A stretch of 50,428 bases of DNA from Candidatus Kuenenia stuttgartensis (GCA_945890885.1 CAMDDF010000002.1:1-50428), one strand, 5' to 3'. Shown: positions 8,917-18,618, counted from the first letter of the stretch. Notes: generated by a model not told the origin, from the letters alone. A program made the numbers and translations.

Positions 8917-10929
8917 ATGGAAAATAATGAATTTGTTATAGTTGATAACCGTGAGATTTTGATTGAAAATGAGCTTAACCTTCTTGAGCTGATACGCAAG
9001 GCAAATATAGAGCTGCCGACATTTTGCTATCATTCGGATTTAAGCGTATACGGGGCGTGCAGACTTTGCATTGTCGATATAGAAGGAATGGGCATAGTAA
9101 CCTCATGCAGCACAGTTCCAACGGCTGGCATGAAAGTTAAGACAAATACCGCCGAGCTTAGAAAGATGCGAAAGATGTATCTTGAGCTTTTGCTTGCGAA
9201 TCACCATCAAAGCTGCACGACATGCCTCAAGAGCGACTCCTGCAAGCTTCAGGATCTTGCCAGCAGGATGGGGGTCAATGAAGTGCGGTTTAAAATGTCA
9301 GAAGTTAAGATGAAAATTGATGATTCATGCCCCTCCATTGTCCGGGATCCCAACAAGTGTATTCTTTGCGGCGACTGCGTAAGAGCATGCCACGAGATAC
9401 AGGGTATCGGTGCGATAGATTTTATAAACAGGGGTTCAGGCACTACTGTGGCTCCGGCATTCAACAAGGAATTAAAGGAGGTTGATTGTGTCTATTGCGG
9501 ACTGTGTGCGAGTGTTTGCCCTACCGGAGCAATAACGGTTAAGCAGGAAATCGATAATGTTTGGCAGGCGATTAATGACGAGAAGAAAATTGTTGTTGCC
9601 CAGATAGCGCCAGCGGTAAGAGTTGCAATTGGTGAGTTATTCGGTTTTGATGCAGGTATTTTAACGACCGGCAAAATGGTCGCAGCCCTGAAGATGATAG
9701 GTTTTGATAAAGTTTTTGATACGAGTTTTGCTGCTGATCTTACAGTTTTTGAAGAGACCAACGAATTTTTGAAACGAAGGGAAAGTGGTAAAAAGCTTCC
9801 GCAGTTTACCTCCTGCTGTCCAGGCTGGGTAAAATATGTAGAGCAGTATTACTCTGATCTTCTGGATAATCTTTCAAGCTGTAAATCTCCGCAACAGATG
9901 TTTGGTGCTATTGCCAAGGATACTTTGCCTGAAAGTTATGGTATTGACAGGGCTGATTTGTTTGTCGTTTCTATTATGCCATGCAGCGCCAAAAAATTCG
10001 AAGCCAAAAGACCAGAGTTTAATAAGGACGGACAAAGTGATGTCGATGCAGTGATAACCACGCAGGAACTTGGCAGGATGATAAAACAGGCGGGCATACA
10101 ATTTGCCAATATTTTGCCTGAGTCGCTTGATATGCCTCTGGGCTTTAAGACTGGAGCGGGCGTAATCTTCGGTACCAGCGGCGGCGTTAGTGAAGCTGTA
10201 TTGCGATATGCCAGCGAAAAGATTACTGGCATTAAATCTGATTCCCCTGACTTTGTCGAAGTCCGCGGAAATGAAGGAATACATGTTAAAACTGTAAAGA
10301 TAGGTGGCGTTGAACTGAAACTGGCAATTGTATCTGGCCTCAAGAATGCCGGCAAGATTGCCCAGCAGGTTCGAAATGGAGAATGTGACTATGATTTTAT
10401 TGAAGTAATGGCTTGTCCTGGAGGATGCGTGTCAGGAGCCGGACAGCCAGTTAGCTCTGATTCTAAAGCCAGAAATCTCAGAAAGCAGGGTCTTTATCAG
10501 GCAGACAAGACATTGCAGTTGCACAAGTCTCAGGATAACCCTTATGTTAATAAATGCTATCAGGATCATTTGGGCCAAGTCAACGGCCCTGAAGCGCATA
10601 GACTACTGCATACAAAATATAGGAGCAGAAAGCGTTTCAATGATTCAAGTTTCTCTGTTTTCAATAATCCAGTTAATGAAAAACTTCAGGTATGTATTTG
10701 CGTAGGCACCAGTTGCTACCTTAGAGGCTCTCAGAAGCTGATGCAGAAACTTATCGAGTATGTTCGCGACAACGGTTTGGAAGACAAGGTCGATGTAAGG
10801 GCTACATTCTGTTTCGAAAATTGCGATAAGGGGCCCAGTGTTAAAGTAGGCCAGATAGAACATTCAAAGTGTACTTATGAAATGCTTGTGGCGGAGATGA
10901 ACAAGCAGCTAAGTAAAATAGTTGTTTGA
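8917..10929 (+). CDS. hydA: [FeFe]-hydrogenase catalytic subunit HydA with C-terminal NuoE-like 2Fe-2S domain
   Basis: 670 aa. It has an N-terminal 2Fe-2S ferredoxin fold, 4Fe-4S motifs (CILCGDCVRAC, CVYCGLCASVCP) and the H-cluster motifs FTSCCPGW, MPCSAKKFEA and MACPGGCVSGAGQP. The C-terminal segment VCICVGTSCYLRG...FCFENCDKGPSV has a NuoE-type cysteine pattern. Confidence 0.93.
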   Translation: MENNEFVIVDNREILIENELNLLELIRKANIELPTFCYHSDLSVYGACRLCIVDIEGMGIVTSCSTVPTAGMKVKTNTAELRKMRKMYLELLLANHHQSCTTCLKSDSCKLQDLASRMGVNEVRFKMSEVKMKIDDSCPSIVRDPNKCILCGDCVRACHEIQGIGAIDFINRGSGTTVAPAFNKELKEVDCVYCGLCASVCPTGAITVKQEIDNVWQAINDEKKIVVAQIAPAVRVAIGELFGFDAGILTTGKMVAALKMIGFDKVFDTSFAADLTVFEETNEFLKRRESGKKLPQFTSCCPGWVKYVEQYYSDLLDNLSSCKSPQQMFGAIAKDTLPESYGIDRADLFVVSIMPCSAKKFEAKRPEFNKDGQSDVDAVITTQELGRMIKQAGIQFANILPESLDMPLGFKTGAGVIFGTSGGVSEAVLRYASEKITGIKSDSPDFVEVRGNEGIHVKTVKIGGVELKLAIVSGLKNAGKIAQQVRNGECDYDFIEVMACPGGCVSGAGQPVSSDSKARNLRKQGLYQADKTLQLHKSQDNPYVNKCYQDHLGQVNGPEAHRLLHTKYRSRKRFNDSSFSVFNNPVNEKLQVCICVGTSCYLRGSQKLMQKLIEYVRDNGLEDKVDVRATFCFENCDKGPSVKVGQIEHSKCTYEMLVAEMNKQLSKIVV

Positions 10930-10947
10930 TGGCTTTAATTAGGTCGA

Positions 10948-12732
10948 GTGGTTGAAATGCTTTCAGATAAAAATAATGTTCAGGTGGTATTTACTAACAG
11001 GGCAAGGTGCCGGGATTGTTACAGGTGCATAAGAGTTTGCCCTGTAAGTGCCATAGGACTACGTCAGGGGCAGGCATATGTTGATTCGCAGCGGTGCATA
11101 TCCTGCGGAACATGCATCAGGGAATGTCCCCAAAAGGCCAAGAACTATAACAAAGATTTGGAGCAGGTCATTGATCTTTTGAAAAGCCGACCCAATGCAG
11201 CGGTCAGTCTTGCACCATCTTTCGCCAGCCTGTATGAAGACTGGCAAATCAAGAGGCTGCCGTCCGTGTTCAGAAGGCTCGGTTTTGGATTTGTTGCTGA
11301 AACGTCTGTAGCAGCTTATTATGTCGCAATAGAGACACTTCGGGCATCCATGCAGCATCGAAGCAATACAAAAATATTAACTTCATGTCCTGCCATCGTC
11401 AGTTATATTGAACATTATAAACCTGAATTTATTGAAAGCCTGCTTCCGATTTCATCGCCAATGATTGTTCATTCGGTGATGCTCAAGGAACAGTTAGGCC
11501 AGGACTGTAAAGTTGTCTTTATCGGGCCTTGTGTTGCTAAAAAAGCTGAAGCAAAAGAAAGACCTGAAAGTGCTGTCGATTATGTTTTGACTTTTGAAGA
11601 GCTGGACGAATGGTTCGAAAGAGAAAATATAGACATTTCCGAATTTGAAGAAAGTGATTTTGATCAGCAGCCCCAGGGATGGGCTCGCAATTTTCCCCTT
11701 GCCGGAGGGTGTTTGCAAACGGCCGATTTGCCGACAGATATGCTCAATCAGAAGATTGTTTCTGTCTGTGGATATAGTCAGTTAGATGATTTATTGAACA
11801 GTATAGACGGCAAAGATGATATATTGATTGAAGCGTTGTTCTGTGAGCAGGGGTGCATTAATGGTCCTGCGATTTCTCCAGCCAAAACAGTCTACCAGCG
11901 ACGTCGGAATGTGCTTAATTATTCGGATACGCCGCTCAATAAAGCAAGTGACTATAAGCCGGTATCGGGTATCACGACAAAGTTTTGCCTGAAGGTTTCT
12001 GATGAATCGGAAATAACTCAGGAGCAGATACGGCAGATATTTATAGAGACAGGCAAGGAAAATCCGGACGACCAACTCAACTGTGGAGCATGCGGATATA
12101 ATACCTGCAAGGAACAGGCCATTGCGGTATTACGGAATATGGCCGAGGCAGATATGTGTGTGCCTTTTATTCGGAAACTTGCCTTACAGAGAACCGATAA
12201 AATAATTGAGACCAGTCCCAATGGAATAGTGATACTTGATGAAAAACTTTGCATACTGCATATGAACCCATCATTCAAAAAAATGTTTATGTGCAGCAAT
12301 AGCGGCCTGGGCAAAAATATATCTTTTTTGATGGAGCCGGAAATATTCGAGAATGCATTGACCGAGCCGTTTGACATAATCGAAAAAATAATTGACCATA
12401 GCCGTTATAATCTTATCTGCAATCAGATAGTCTATGGTCTTAAAGATGAAAATCAGGTTGTTGGCATTTTTGTCAATCTTACCAGCAATCTGAAAAATAA
12501 ACAGAAACTCGACCATCTCAGGGAGCAGACGCTCGAGCAGGCAAGAGGCCTTTTAAGTCACCAGATAAGTATGGCTGGTCAAATAGCACAATATGTTGGC
12601 GATAGTACCGCCAAAAGTGAAAAATTGCTCGCAAATCTTATGAAAATGGCAGGTTCTGACGGCTCTGAGAAAACCGGCATAGATAAAGATGATAATGGCA
12701 AATGGCTCAAAAATATTTATATGCAGAAATAG
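10948..12732 (+). CDS. hydS: Sensory [FeFe]-hydrogenase paralog (HydS-type) with accessory Cys4 motif and PAS domain
   Basis: 594 aa. It has N-terminal 4Fe-4S motifs (CRDCYRCIRVCP, CISCGTCIRECP). The H-cluster motifs are degenerate (TSCPAIV instead of TSCCPGW, GPCVAKKAEA, FCEQGCINGPA). It also carries CGACGYNTCKEQ...C and a PAS-like segment (IETSPNGIVILDEKLCILHMNPSFKKMF). The start may be GTG at 10948 or ATG at 10957. Confidence 0.85.
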   Translation: MVEMLSDKNNVQVVFTNRARCRDCYRCIRVCPVSAIGLRQGQAYVDSQRCISCGTCIRECPQKAKNYNKDLEQVIDLLKSRPNAAVSLAPSFASLYEDWQIKRLPSVFRRLGFGFVAETSVAAYYVAIETLRASMQHRSNTKILTSCPAIVSYIEHYKPEFIESLLPISSPMIVHSVMLKEQLGQDCKVVFIGPCVAKKAEAKERPESAVDYVLTFEELDEWFERENIDISEFEESDFDQQPQGWARNFPLAGGCLQTADLPTDMLNQKIVSVCGYSQLDDLLNSIDGKDDILIEALFCEQGCINGPAISPAKTVYQRRRNVLNYSDTPLNKASDYKPVSGITTKFCLKVSDESEITQEQIRQIFIETGKENPDDQLNCGACGYNTCKEQAIAVLRNMAEADMCVPFIRKLALQRTDKIIETSPNGIVILDEKLCILHMNPSFKKMFMCSNSGLGKNISFLMEPEIFENALTEPFDIIEKIIDHSRYNLICNQIVYGLKDENQVVGIFVNLTSNLKNKQKLDHLREQTLEQARGLLSHQISMAGQIAQYVGDSTAKSEKLLANLMKMAGSDGSEKTGIDKDDNGKWLKNIYMQK

Positions 12733-13850
12733 ATTCATGCCAGAAGAGTAAATATTCCTCTGGCCCTTGTGGTGATGCTTTTTTGGTCCACCGCAGCAGT
12801 GAAAGTACAATTATTGTTCTCTGTGATGGAATAGGTTCCGGAATAAAAGCGTACATTGCCGCCAAGATGTGTATTTCGCGAGCCATCGGTTTAATAAAAG
12901 AAGATTTTACTTTTCGTCAAACATTTCAATCTCTGGTTGATACCATGAATCAATGGAGAAGTCCGGATAAACCATTTGCAGCCTTTTCTATGGTCAAAAT
13001 AGCGAATGACGGAAAGACAACAATACTGACCTATGATATTCCCGATGTTATCCTTTTAAACGGCAGCAATGCTGTGGTTCTCGAATCAAAGCCTGTCTTA
13101 ATTGATCAGGCCGTTGCACGAGAGGCTCGATGCTGTTTAAGGCCAGGCGACTCTCTGGTTTTGTTTACAGACGGAATATCGCAGGCAGGAATTGGTAACG
13201 GGAATCCAAATGGCTTCGAATGTGGGCTAATTGCCAGCTTTATCGGGGATTCCGTTCGAAAAGGTGCCATTGATATTCCGAATATACTTTGCAAGAAAGC
13301 TATTGAGCTTTCTTTGATGTCCAATAAAGATGATATGACCGTTATAAGTGCAAATTGCAGGTATGGACAAATATTGAATATATTTTCTGGCCCCCCCCTG
13401 TGCCGGTCAAAAGATTCCAAAGTTGTAAAACAATTTTTGGATAGCCTTGGGCAGAGAGTTGTTTGTGGAGCCACAACCGCTAAGATTGTTTCACAACAAA
13501 CAGGCAAAAAGCTCGAAGTTCAACAGAACTCATCTAGTATGATTGCACCGCCCAGATATTTTATTAAAGGAATTGACCTGGTAACGGAAGGTGCTGTCAC
13601 ACTTAATCATCTCTATAATATTCTGGATATGCCCTTGGATAGGCTGGAAGAAAATAGCGGCGTGACAGAATTATATAAAATGATTAAGCACAGCGACTGG
13701 ATTAATTTCATAATTGGGCGAAGCCAGAATCCAGCCAACGACGATATCACTTTCTATCAGCAGGGGATAATCTACAGGGAAAAGATAATAAAATTGATAG
13801 GCCAGAAGCTGGAGAATGACGGCAAACTTATTTCTTACAATTATGTGTGA
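12702..13850 (+). CDS. PP2C/SpoIIE-family serine phosphatase with an uncharacterised C-terminal domain
   Basis: 382 aa. PP2C-like motifs include SGPCGDAFLV, VLCDGIGSGIKA, LVLFTDGISQAG and DDMTVI. The ATG at 12702 overlaps the hydS 3' end by 31 nt. Confidence 0.8.
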   Translation: MAQKYLYAEIDSCQKSKYSSGPCGDAFLVHRSSESTIIVLCDGIGSGIKAYIAAKMCISRAIGLIKEDFTFRQTFQSLVDTMNQWRSPDKPFAAFSMVKIANDGKTTILTYDIPDVILLNGSNAVVLESKPVLIDQAVAREARCCLRPGDSLVLFTDGISQAGIGNGNPNGFECGLIASFIGDSVRKGAIDIPNILCKKAIELSLMSNKDDMTVISANCRYGQILNIFSGPPLCRSKDSKVVKQFLDSLGQRVVCGATTAKIVSQQTGKKLEVQQNSSSMIAPPRYFIKGIDLVTEGAVTLNHLYNILDMPLDRLEENSGVTELYKMIKHSDWINFIIGRSQNPANDDITFYQQGIIYREKIIKLIGQKLENDGKLISYNYV

Positions 13851-14464
13851 GTTTTCGAGAGGGCGGCCATCCGGTATGAGAAAGTGATATGGCATGCAAT
13901 TCTATTAGAGGAGCTTTGTGATTTCAGGTTTAATTGTCGTGTTTCTGTTAATGTAAACCATTGCTATTAAATATATTACGGTTTAGTGCCACCTTTCTGT
14001 TCCCGGAAACTTGCATGAATAAAATAATTACGGATAAAACAAGAAGATATTGAAAAGTTTTTCCTTATTTTATCGGTGGACCCCGGCCTGCCAAGACTGA
14101 ATTGTAGAAACTTGTGAACCGCATTTTTGTCCCCCTATAAATTTTTAATTTTTCCAGCCTCAAGTAGTGAAACCTATTATATTACTTTCTTGCATAAAAA
14201 AAAGTAATAATTAATAAATCGGGCAATTCGTATTCACAAATTCGATTTAATGAATAGTTATGGTAAATATTATGAGACGAAAAGGAATATTTTTTTGGAT
14301 TTTATTGAAATATTTGTGTTGGATAGCTATTTTGTAGGGTAGCTATTGATTTTGCACTGTATATAAGGGATCAATTTTGTTGTTAGTATTATGATTAGCA
14401 GGTCAAGAAAGTCTGTAATTTTTATTTTTTTTTATATAATTTTACTTTTTTATTTTTTTTATAG

Positions 14465-14493
14465 TTGCCTTTTGTACACCTGATCTATATACT
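14465..14493 (+). promoter_or_regulatory. Sigma70-type promoter with an upstream T-tract (UP-like) region for tRNA-Thr/tuf
   Basis: TTGCCT (14465-14470), 17 nt, then TATACT (14488-14493). It is directly preceded by phased T-runs at 14418-14460 and lies about 100 nt upstream of tRNA-Thr. Confidence 0.5.
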
Positions 14494-14593
14494 CTCAATT
14501 TCGCCTCAGAAGTGGCAAATAGGAATCCCTGTTTATGATGCAGATAACGCGGTTTTATAGTGGTTGTCTTTTTGCATTCAATGGCGATAGGTC

Positions 14594-14666
<73 letters not shown>

Positions 14667-14748
14667 AAGTAGCATGTTTTGTTGCAAGATTATATTGCGT
14701 GTAAATAGAAAAAAGTAAAAGAACCTTATAATATGGAGGTCAACTAAA

Positions 14749-15957
14749 ATGGCGAAGGATGTATTTCAACGCACAAAACCGCACGTTAACGTCGGTACTA
14801 TTGGTCATATTGACCATGGTAAAACTACACTGACAGCAGCTATTACAATGAGAATGGCTGTCAAGCAGGGAACGAAAGTCAAACGATATGATGAAATTGA
14901 CAACGCTCCAGAAGAAAAGGAACGCGGCATTACAATCAATACTGCCCACGTTGAATATGAGACTAAAAATCGTCATTATGCACACGTTGACTGCCCAGGT
15001 CACGCGGACTATGTGAAGAACATGATTACGGGTGCAGCTCAGATGGACGGTGCGATATTGGTAGTTGCTGCTAGCGATGGCCCTATGCCCCAGACTCGTG
15101 AGCATATTCTTCTTGCTCGTCAGGTGAACGTGCCTAAGATCGTGGTATTCCTTAATAAAATTGATCAGGTTGATGATCCTGAACTTATCGAACTTGTTGA
15201 GATGGAAATTCGTGAACTTCTTGATAAATATGAGTTCCCAGGCGATGAGATTCCGATTATCCGTGGTTCAGCTCTTAAGGCAATGGAAGGCGAAGGCAAA
15301 GATGATACAAATTGTGCATGTATCGATGCACTTATGGATGCAGTTGATGCGTACATTCCGGTTCCGGAGCGTGCAGTTACTCTTCCGTTCTCTATGCCAA
15401 TCGAAGATGTGTTCAGCATTAAGGGTCGTGGTACAGTTGGTACCGGCAGAATTGAACGCGGTGTTGTTCATGTCGGTGACGAAGTTGAAATCGTAGGTCT
15501 TGGACCAACACGCAAGACAACCTGTACCGGTGTTGAGATGTTTAACAAAACTCTTGATGAAGGTCAGGCAGGCGATAATGTCGGTCTTTTGTTTAGAGGT
15601 ATTGAAAAGACAGACCTTGAGCGTGGTCAGGTTGTTGCAAAGCCAGGCTCAATTACTCCTCATACTCATTTTGATGCGGAAGTTTACGTTTTGAGCAAAG
15701 AGGAAGGCGGCAGACATAGCCCATTCTTCCCTGGCTACAGGCCTCAGTTCTATTTCAGGACGACCGACGTAACCGGTGCAGTTCTTGCCATCAAGAGCCG
15801 AGAAGGAGTCGCAGTTGAAATGTGTATGCCAGGCGACAATATTGCGATGGAAGTTGAGATTATCAGCCCAATCGCTATGGAAGTAGGCTTGCGTTTTGCT
15901 ATTCGTGAAGGTGGCAGAACCGTTGGTGCTGGTGTTGTAACGAAGATTATCAAGTAA
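14749..15957 (+). CDS. tuf: Elongation factor Tu
   Basis: 402 aa. [41 protein letters not shown] and NKID GTPase motifs. GGAGG lies before the ATG. Confidence 0.99.
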   Translation: MAKDVFQRTKPHVNVGTIGHIDHGKTTLTAAITMRMAVKQGTKVKRYDEIDNAPEEKERGITINTAHVEYETKNRHYAHVDCPGHADYVKNMITGAAQMDGAILVVAASDGPMPQTREHILLARQVNVPKIVVFLNKIDQVDDPELIELVEMEIRELLDKYEFPGDEIPIIRGSALKAMEGEGKDDTNCACIDALMDAVDAYIPVPERAVTLPFSMPIEDVFSIKGRGTVGTGRIERGVVHVGDEVEIVGLGPTRKTTCTGVEMFNKTLDEGQAGDNVGLLFRGIEKTDLERGQVVAKPGSITPHTHFDAEVYVLSKEEGGRHSPFFPGYRPQFYFRTTDVTGAVLAIKSREGVAVEMCMPGDNIAMEVEIISPIAMEVGLRFAIREGGRTVGAGVVTKIIK

Positions 15958-15987
15958 GTTACTTTAGTATATAACGTTGTTTTTGAA

Positions 15988-16022
15988 GGTTGACCCCGAC
16001 GGGAGTCGGGGTTAGCCTTTTT
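15988..16022 (+). terminator. Intrinsic terminator/attenuator after tuf
   Basis: 13-bp stem GGTTGACCCCGAC/GTCGGGGTTAGCC (two G-U pairs), GGGA loop, then TTTTT. It starts 31 nt after the tuf stop. Confidence 0.7.
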
Positions 16023-16051
16023 ACGCATTTATTTTTAGGAAGCAGATAACA

Positions 16052-16216
16052 ATGGCTAAGGGCAAAAGAGAATATGTATGGCTTGAATGTAAAGAGTGCA
16101 GCAACAGAAATTACCGTACATCGGTAAATGTTAGCGAGGGCACTCCGAAAATCGAACTGAAGAAATTCTGTTCCAAGGAGCGTAAGCATACAGTCCATAA
16201 AATAAGAAGAAAATAA
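16052..16216 (+). CDS. rpmG: 50S ribosomal protein L33
   Basis: 54-aa ORF below the track cutoff. My translation is MAKGKREYVWLECKECSNRNYRTSVNVSEGTPKIELKKFCSKERKHTVHKIRRK, which fits the bL33 pattern and the usual position before tRNA-Trp/secE. Confidence 0.9.
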   Translation: MAKGKREYVWLECKECSNRNYRTSVNVSEGTPKIELKKFCSKERKHTVHKIRRK

Positions 16217-16222
16217 AAGCAT

Positions 16223-16296
16223 AGGCCAGTAGCTTAATTTGGTAGAGCAGCGGTCTCCAAAACCGCAGGTTGGGGGTTCGATTCCCTCCTGGCCTG
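16223..16296 (+). tRNA. tRNA-Trp (anticodon CCA)
   Basis: Hand-folded. Acceptor AGGCCAG/CTGGCCT, anticodon arm GCGGT-CTCCAAA-ACCGC, T arm GGGGG-TTCGATT-CCCTC. 74 nt, no encoded CCA. Confidence 0.92.
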
Positions 16297-16338
16297 TTAA
16301 TTTGGAAAGCATAAAAAGACGGAGACAGCGAGATACTT

Positions 16339-16746
16339 ATGAATTTGAAAATATATAAAAAAGGTCAGGCTCAGTATACAAGGCTTGGCAGCGGTGCGGC
16401 AGTTATGGTTATCGTGGGCTTTGGGTGCTGGAGGCTATACCAGATTTTTGAAGGTTTGGCCATAGCTAATCAGAGTACGAAGCTATGGGTTCAGACACTT
16501 GTGCCGGTGATATTGTTCGGTGTTATCGGATTTTTGGTTTACTGGATTTTGAACAAGGTGATTGTTGCTGATTTTATGATAAATGCTGAGGGAGAGATTA
16601 AAAAGGTTAACTGGTCAAGCAGACAGGAAATCATTGCGTCGACGTACATCGTGATTATTGCGGTTGTCTTTTTTGCGTGTTTCCTCGGCGGAGCCGACGT
16701 GTTCTTTCAGATTCTTTTCCGTGGTATAGGTTTGTTGCCGAGTTAG
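16339..16746 (+). CDS. secE: Preprotein translocase subunit SecE (three-TM form)
   Basis: 135 aa, three hydrophobic helices, conserved C-terminal part KKVNWSSRQEIIASTYIVIIAVVFFACFL. It sits before nusG. Confidence 0.88.
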   Translation: MNLKIYKKGQAQYTRLGSGAAVMVIVGFGCWRLYQIFEGLAIANQSTKLWVQTLVPVILFGVIGFLVYWILNKVIVADFMINAEGEIKKVNWSSRQEIIASTYIVIIAVVFFACFLGGADVFFQILFRGIGLLPS

Positions 16747-16785
16747 CATTTAAGAATTGATAAACCAGTTATCTGGGGAAATTAT

Positions 16786-17328
16786 ATGCAGTGGTATGTA
16801 TTACGAGTAGCATCTAACAGAGAAGAGCAGGTTCGCGGTAGCCTTGAGAAGAAGGTTATGATCGAGGGTCTTTCTGATGTTATCGGCAGAATAGTTGTTC
16901 CAGTAGAACAGATTAAGCGGATACGAAGCGGAAAGCAGCGTGTTAATAAGCGTAAGCTTTACCCGGGTTATGTTTTTATGGAGATGGAATCCAAAGAAGA
17001 TGGCAGGATTCCAGAAAATGCCTGGTTTGCGATAAAAGAAACATCCGGTGTCGGTGATTTTATTGGCACAGAGGGTATTCCGACTCCGATGCGGGATACA
17101 GATGTTGCTAAGATGCTTTGTGCGATCGAAAAACCTGAAGAGACGGCAAGTATCAAAGTTGAATTTTCGGCAGGAGATCTTGTCAAGATTCGTGAGGGTG
17201 CGTTTGAGAATTTTGAAGGTGTTGTGGAAGAAATTGACGCTGATCGCGGGATTGTACGTGTTAGTGTTACGATATTCGGCAGAAGCACACCATTGGATAT
17301 TGAATACTGGCAGATCGAAAAGGTTTAA
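16786..17328 (+). CDS. nusG: Transcription termination/antitermination factor NusG
   Basis: 180 aa. MQWYVLRVASNREEQV start, C-terminal KOW region (GDLVKIREGAFENFEGVVEEID), conserved gene order. Confidence 0.95.
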   Translation: MQWYVLRVASNREEQVRGSLEKKVMIEGLSDVIGRIVVPVEQIKRIRSGKQRVNKRKLYPGYVFMEMESKEDGRIPENAWFAIKETSGVGDFIGTEGIPTPMRDTDVAKMLCAIEKPEETASIKVEFSAGDLVKIREGAFENFEGVVEEIDADRGIVRVSVTIFGRSTPLDIEYWQIEKV

Positions 17329-17388
17329 AACGTATTGATGTCAGCTTTTGAAGATGTTGACAAAATTAGTAATAATTAAGAGGTTAAA

Positions 17389-17814
17389 ATGGCAAAAGAG
17401 ATTAAAGGTAAAATAAAATTACAGGCTAAAGGCGGCCAGGCAACCCCTGCACCTCCGATAGGTCCTGCACTTGGTCAGCACGGAGTCAATATTGGTCAGT
17501 TCGTTCAGCAGTTCAATGAGCGTACCAAGGACCTTAACGGTATGCCGGTACCTGTTGAGATAACAGTTTACGCAGACCGCAGTTTTGAATTTATTGTCAA
17601 GAGTCCTCCGGCAGCGGTTCTTCTCAAGCTAGAAGCTGGTGTTGCCAAGGGCAGCGGAACTCCTAACAAGGAAAAGGTTGGGAAGGTAACTATGGATCAA
17701 TGCAGGAAGATTGCGGAGTTGAAAAAGGAAGATTTGAATTCTTTCGATACCGAACAAGCAGCTAAGATGGTTGCTGGTACCGCAAGAAGTATGGGTATAG
17801 ATGTTGTTCGTTGA
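17389..17814 (+). CDS. rplK: 50S ribosomal protein L11
   Basis: 141 aa. [26 protein letters not shown]. Confidence 0.98.
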   Translation: MAKEIKGKIKLQAKGGQATPAPPIGPALGQHGVNIGQFVQQFNERTKDLNGMPVPVEITVYADRSFEFIVKSPPAAVLLKLEAGVAKGSGTPNKEKVGKVTMDQCRKIAELKKEDLNSFDTEQAAKMVAGTARSMGIDVVR

Positions 17815-17897
17815 TTTTGTGTGATGTTTTAGTGTGCTTACCACGGCTATGCGAATAGTGGGAGCGAGTTATTAATTTTTTTTCGCGGAGTTTTACA

Positions 17898-18578
17898 ATG
17901 AAGAATAGAAGTAAACGTTATAACACTATTTCAAAGAATGTGGTCGAGAAGGCGTTGCCGCTGACAGAGGCGATAGCAAAGATCAAAGGTTACAATAATA
18001 CGAAATTTGACCAGTCAATCGACTGTGTTATGCATCTGGGTATTGATCCCAAGCAGGCGGATCAGCAGATAAGAGGGGCGATTTCCCTTCCGAATGGAAT
18101 CGGCAAGACCAAGAGAGTAATTGCATTTTGCGAAGATTCTGAAGCAGCGAAGGCAAAAGAAGCAGGCGCTATTGAGGCGGGATGTGATGAACTTATCAAG
18201 AAAGTTTCGGATGGATGGCTTGATTTTGACGTAGCGATAGCATCTCCGAAAGTGATGGGTAAGGCAGGAAAACTTGGTAAAGTTCTTGGTCCGCAAGGTA
18301 AGATGCCATCTCCCAAAAACGGTACAGTTACGAGCGATGTTGTAAGCGCAGTTAAGGAATTTGTGGCTGGTAAGGTTGAGTACCGAAATGATGCTGGCGG
18401 CAATGTTCATGCTGTTGTTGGGAAGATGAGCTTCGATAACAATAAGCTTGAGGAAAATATTCATTCGTTTGTGTCTCATATCAATAGGCTTAAACCGTCA
18501 ACATCCAAGGGTGTATACGTTAAAAAGATAGCTATAAGCGCAACTATGAGTCCTGGCGTAAATGTAGTTATTGATTAA
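17898..18578 (+). CDS. rplA: 50S ribosomal protein L1
   Basis: 226 aa. FDQSIDCVMHLGIDPKQADQQIRGAISLPNG and its position after rplK. Confidence 0.97.
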   Translation: MKNRSKRYNTISKNVVEKALPLTEAIAKIKGYNNTKFDQSIDCVMHLGIDPKQADQQIRGAISLPNGIGKTKRVIAFCEDSEAAKAKEAGAIEAGCDELIKKVSDGWLDFDVAIASPKVMGKAGKLGKVLGPQGKMPSPKNGTVTSDVVSAVKEFVAGKVEYRNDAGGNVHAVVGKMSFDNNKLEENIHSFVSHINRLKPSTSKGVYVKKIAISATMSPGVNVVID

Positions 18579-18618
18579 TCAGGTTTAAGCTGAAACTTTA
18601 AAATAGACAGGTGAAATT

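Noticed and set aside
14271-14339. 22-codon ORF (MRRKGIFFWILLKYLCWIAIL) in the AT-rich gap
   Set aside because: It has no RBS, lies in an AT-rich context where such ORFs arise by chance, and has no supporting signal.
14418-14460. Repetitive T-runs that at first glance look like a repeat array
   Set aside because: This is simple homopolymer or low-complexity sequence with no repeat-spacer periodicity, so it is not a CRISPR array. It is interpreted as an UP-like or curved promoter-upstream region.
17815-17897. Possible L1-binding regulatory leader (GGGAGCGAG followed by T8) in the rplK-rplA spacer
   Set aside because: I could draw only a 4-bp stem. The resemblance to the 23S L1-stalk mimic is too weak to assert without covariance analysis.
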